64,000 nucleotides of DNA, from contig CM119264.1 in assembly GCA_051294375.1 (NCBI GenBank), positions 3,938,247 through 4,002,246 on the forward strand, in the 5' to 3' direction. The position numbers and the translations under genes are program-made. Below the pieces are notes generated by a model, which was not told where the DNA came from, made no database searches, and saw only the letters and a program-made list of their open reading frames with translations. Positions within the stretch are counted from its first letter, which is position 1. Each line of letters opens with the position of its first letter. This DNA comes from Paraspadella gotoi (taxonomy: Eukaryota; Animalia; Chaetognatha). This document shows positions 59,651 through 64,000 of this stretch, piece after piece.

Positions 59651-62600
59651 TTTAAGATGAAACTAAAGAACATAATGATTTAAATTGACTGCCGTGGAAA
59701 ATGGTCTTTATCGCTCCTCTTGGTGACTACACTTAAAGGCTTAGGCAAAATAAAAACGGTCGCACACTATATATGTGAAAAACTTTTTGTCAGTATTTTT
59801 AACACTATTATTTTTACTCGTCTTGAACCTCTTACTCTATATATTTCTCTCTCTCTCTGTCTGTCTGCTGCCCTACAATATCTACACCAACTTTTTATCA
59901 TCAATTTCATCTCTTTGTAGATACATCCTTGCATTCTTTCACCTTGTACCTTCTATTTGTCTCACCTCTTCTCTATCTCTGCTCCTTCTCTCCTCTTCAT
60001 CTCATGAATTACATTTTCACCTCTCTGATATATCATTCTTTTCTCTTACTCTTTATACTAACGTTCTTCCTCTTCTCCCAGTATATTATCGTATACCACT
60101 CTTTTCTCGTTACGCTATATTTAATTCACTTTTGCCAACTTAGTTTCTTTCATACATTTGCTCTCTACCTCTCTTATCTGTGTTTCTCATTCCAATGTCT
60201 ATGTGTTTGCTTATTTTATAATACTGTGGTATGTATAAACTCTCTAACTACTTATTAGTACAATCAATGGATGACTCTCCAATCCTGGGTCCGGACAAAA
60301 AGACGGCTCAGCTGGAAGATGTGTGAGAATCGGTTCCAGCAGCCAGCTGCCAGGCTCTGACAAGACTGACCTAGTGACCACGTCTGCAGCAGAGAAGAGT
60401 GGTTCAAGCTTCGCAGCGAATAACAGGATCTCGTCGACTAAGGGTGCGCATTCCCAAACCCACCCATCGCAGCCAATGAAGACCATACCAAATGAACCAG
60501 CTACCAATCTACAATTGCGTGACCACTCATAACTGACAGGCCCTACATTACAATGAGGGGGAGGGCACAGCCTCACATTTGCAGCTCTCCTCTTCTTCCT
60601 GTTCTATTATTACTTATACACAATTCAAATTGTCCCTTCATTTTCAAATACTGAACATAGTTAAATTATTCAAGTTAGTTGTTATTAATTTATTACTCCC
60701 TACTATCATTTAGTTTATAAATTATTGTTATACATTGTTCATAATGTAAAAGGGTAATAGATTTAATTATCCTAACTACATTTTTCTTCTCTCACACTTC
60801 AATATTCCTTCCTCCTATGTCTCTCTCTATCTACCTATTGTTATCACTTCTCCTCAATCTCGACTCCGTTTATCCCTCTGCTTCAAAACCCACTCACTCT
60901 CTCCATCGTGCTCTTCTCTGACATCTCTCCTTCGCGCTGTCTGCGTGTCTCATCTGCGTCACCTTCCTCTCTCGTCTCCTACCTCTCAAGAGCAAGCGTA
61001 CCTTATTGTGAGATCCGGCACAAGGCGAAATAACTTATTAAGGAGAATTCAGGAACCGAAGTAGTAAGAATAGAGAGGTATGCTGATGAAGCGAAAGTGA
61101 TAGATTCAGTTGTAAGCATGAACGACGTCTTATACACTCGGATTAGCTGCAGAGATGCGGAGAGTCTACTCTTTATATCCGAGAATGGACCTACGTTGTA
61201 GATAATAATGAGAGAGGACGCGCTCTCGCGTATTACGCGATACCTCCGCTATTGAACGCGAAGAGGAAGTGAAAGAATGAGCAGAGTATAACCAAGTATT
61301 CGAGCATGAGAGTGAGCAAGTTAGGTGAGATTACAAGGAAGAGATGAAGAACAAATCTGTTGGGTACGAACGTATGATTATACTTAGTATCTAAAGATTT
61401 GTTGACTTACTCCTGAGCCGGCCTTATTACATTCATTATAAAAAAAAATCGAGCAGACATCTTTGAAAGGCGCATAAGTTATTTTCCGCAACAGAGAAGC
61501 TGTCAGATATTAGAGGAAAGTGTAATTTCCTGACGCTTCCCATTTCACTAAAAGACGGCCCCGGGATTTGTCTAAATTTTTCCTTGCAGCGTTTATGCGT
61601 GTGTCCTTCATGCTCTTCATCTAGCTATGGAATACTATAACAAATAACGTCAAAGAAACGAGCTTAGTTTTCAGAATATTTAAACTCTCGCTCCTTTATC
61701 GTGATTTTTCTCACATCTACAATATAAATACAGTGCGCTTTATCGCAATATGTATTGTCTCGCGCTAGCTCTAGAAGTAGTTTAAAGATTTATATGCGTA
61801 CTATATTAATTAGGTTATATCAAATCCACGCGTGTGATGACGCGTAACCATCTTTAATAGTTGGTATAGATGTGTGACCATTGATCATATTGTTGTTGTC
61901 AAATAGTTGCAGTTGTCCGTTTTAGCTTCACTCTCAGTAGAATCACATCGAGATCTTTGGTTGAGATAACGTCCTCCTCTCAGCCTCTCCCATAGTATGT
62001 GCTTGTCAGAACTGTTTTGCCTGATCTCTCGTAGAATAGCATAATCACTGGCCTAAGAGAGATACAGCTGCATCCAATGATATAGAGAGGAGATAGTCTC
62101 ACGTTCGAACTCTCCGCCTCGATAGGCCATCAGCGCGATAGTAAGAAACGCTCAGATTACCGGCTAAGATTTCATATGAGAGGTATTGGAGAGAGAAGAT
62201 GAACTAGTATAGTAGATAGATATACAGAGTTATAGAGCATATGAGATGAAAGAATGAGAGAGTGTAGTGACGAGAGATAGTGAGAGTGAGCGAAAGGAGG
62301 AAGCAATATAGCAGTGTATAGCGAGAGGGAAGAGACGAAGAGATATTTTAATTAGTTGTGAAGATTATTACTTAACGAAATCTCTAAGCAGAATTAACAA
62401 AATACATTGTGCTTAATTATATGATAGCGACGATTATCGCGCGCGCATTTATACCAAATCTTTATCTAATTAAGGAGTCAAAGAGTGAGAGAGTGAGAGA
62501 GTGATAACTGGTGTTATAGCACGGTGATGTTTAAGTACACTCGGTCGGAAAATATACTATAAAATATTTTCTCTCTCTCTTCTTTAATAAGAAAATATAT

Positions 62601-64000
62601 GAGGGGAATAATGTGTCAGGAATATGGATGCAAGATAGAAGATACAAAGGAGGAACGGATACATCTCTAGTGGTCAAAATTCAGAAGCTTCCGCGATAGA
62701 ATCTCCTCTCTGAAACGAGTTTGGTAATACCAGCCCTAAACTAAATAGAATGCCCATATGTCTTAATATGATTAGTTGGCTGAACGAAAATAGCCCTTTA
62801 AACATTACAGTTCTAATTAAAATATTAAAGCAAATATAAACAAATAAGACATAGACAATAAAAACATACTTTACTCACCATGAATAATTTAAATCAAACT
62901 CTACACAAAGATAAATGAATGTACCTCGATATTCAACGCTTCTACGCCCCATACTCTTGTTACTGAAAATTTCAATACAATTAAAATACAATTAGCTATA
63001 TTTTACAATAAAAAAATATAAATAAAGTAATTTTATTCATACATGTTGACATTAAGATTTAATTTGTGTTCATAATGAATACAGAAATATTGCAGAGATT
63101 ACAAAAATTTGTGATCTTAATCAATAAATAGATAGATAACTAAGAAAAACAGAAGAAATGTTATAGAGTGTTTACACAGTAAGTCATAAAAAAAAAAAGA
63201 TAAATCAAACGAAAATCATACAACGTTGAAATATATCAACTCTACATCAATAAATACGTCAACATATACGATCGCGCTGATCCGAATCTCGTTGGTCGTC
63301 TATGCGCCAAACGTGCGACTCCGCGTCGACCGATCCGCTCCATAAAAGAGTTAATAACGAGAATAGATGGATGAGATTCACGATCGAGCCGCGGACAGGA
63401 TCAGCTGCAGTACCCGGCGACGTAGAGCTATGCGGCTGCGCGCGCCCAGACGATAAGCGCTCAACGGCGATGGTCAGCTCGTGAATTGTATTTTCTGATA
63501 TTATCAAAGATTTTTTCATCGGATCGAATCTAATGACATTTCTTGTGACATTTTGAGAAGAAAGGATGAGACTAATTGGGATGTGTAGAGAGGTTGTGAG
63601 GAGAAGACACAGACAGCGTGGTTTCACTACTACTAGGTGATAAGTTTTTCTCTCTCCTTTCTTTTCAGTCTGTGTGTGCTAATTGATCTAATTTTATTTT
63701 CATTCCTTGACCTTTGTGTTCTCATTGTTTTCATCGTCTCGTTCTCATCAATGTCTATTTCTAGTTCTCTTTATCTTTTTTTTCCTTCTTGGTCTTTTTC
63801 TTCATTTTCCTTGACTTTTCTCTACATTCACTCTTGCTCTCGTTCTCTTTTCTACTAGCATATGAAAAATTGTTACACTTTATTTAAGGTTAGCGCGTTT
63901 CTCATTTCTGTGTCTCTCTCTCCTCACTCTCATCCTTCTCATATCTTCCTTTTCCCGGCAGAGATTTCGTACAACTCATGTTCCAACTAATTAGGGCAAA

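Noticed and set aside
63259-63627. 122-aa minus-strand ORF with a hydrophobic segment
   Set aside because: Lies in the low-quality region and shows no recognisable family, so it is too weak to call.

Overview
Eukaryotic (metazoan, probably protostome) draft scaffold. It is AT-rich, dense in (GA/CT)n and other microsatellites, and has six exact 25-N gaps flanked by indel-rich, partly redundant sequence typical of long-read gap filling. Supportable genes: (1) a 4-exon XK-related (Xkr/CED-8 scramblase family) gene on + at 13339-17137, about 815 aa, with a very long extra C-terminal membrane region and a tandem array of exon-end/splice-donor copies in intron 2; (2) a divergent ionotropic-receptor (iGluR/IR) gene on + at about 50792-52858, interrupted by gaps; (3) the 5' end of an unknown minus-strand gene directly behind a palindromic RFX X-box at 54078-54091. 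The main accessory feature is a frameshift-ridden Ty3/Gypsy segment on - (19288-27636). It carries partial RT, RNase H, integrase and a GPY/F motif, followed in the env position by a second long reading region that appears to encode a WRN/EXD-type DEDDy 3'-5' exonuclease. Large redundant blocks (16810-31066 vs 31092-37740; 37785-40929 vs 40960-44260; three related copies in 1-6950) look like two haplotypes or overfilled gaps. Comparing them reveals an empty site for the Gypsy segment and a polymorphic 704-bp solo LTR. The last ~9 kb is low-quality and mostly undecodable.
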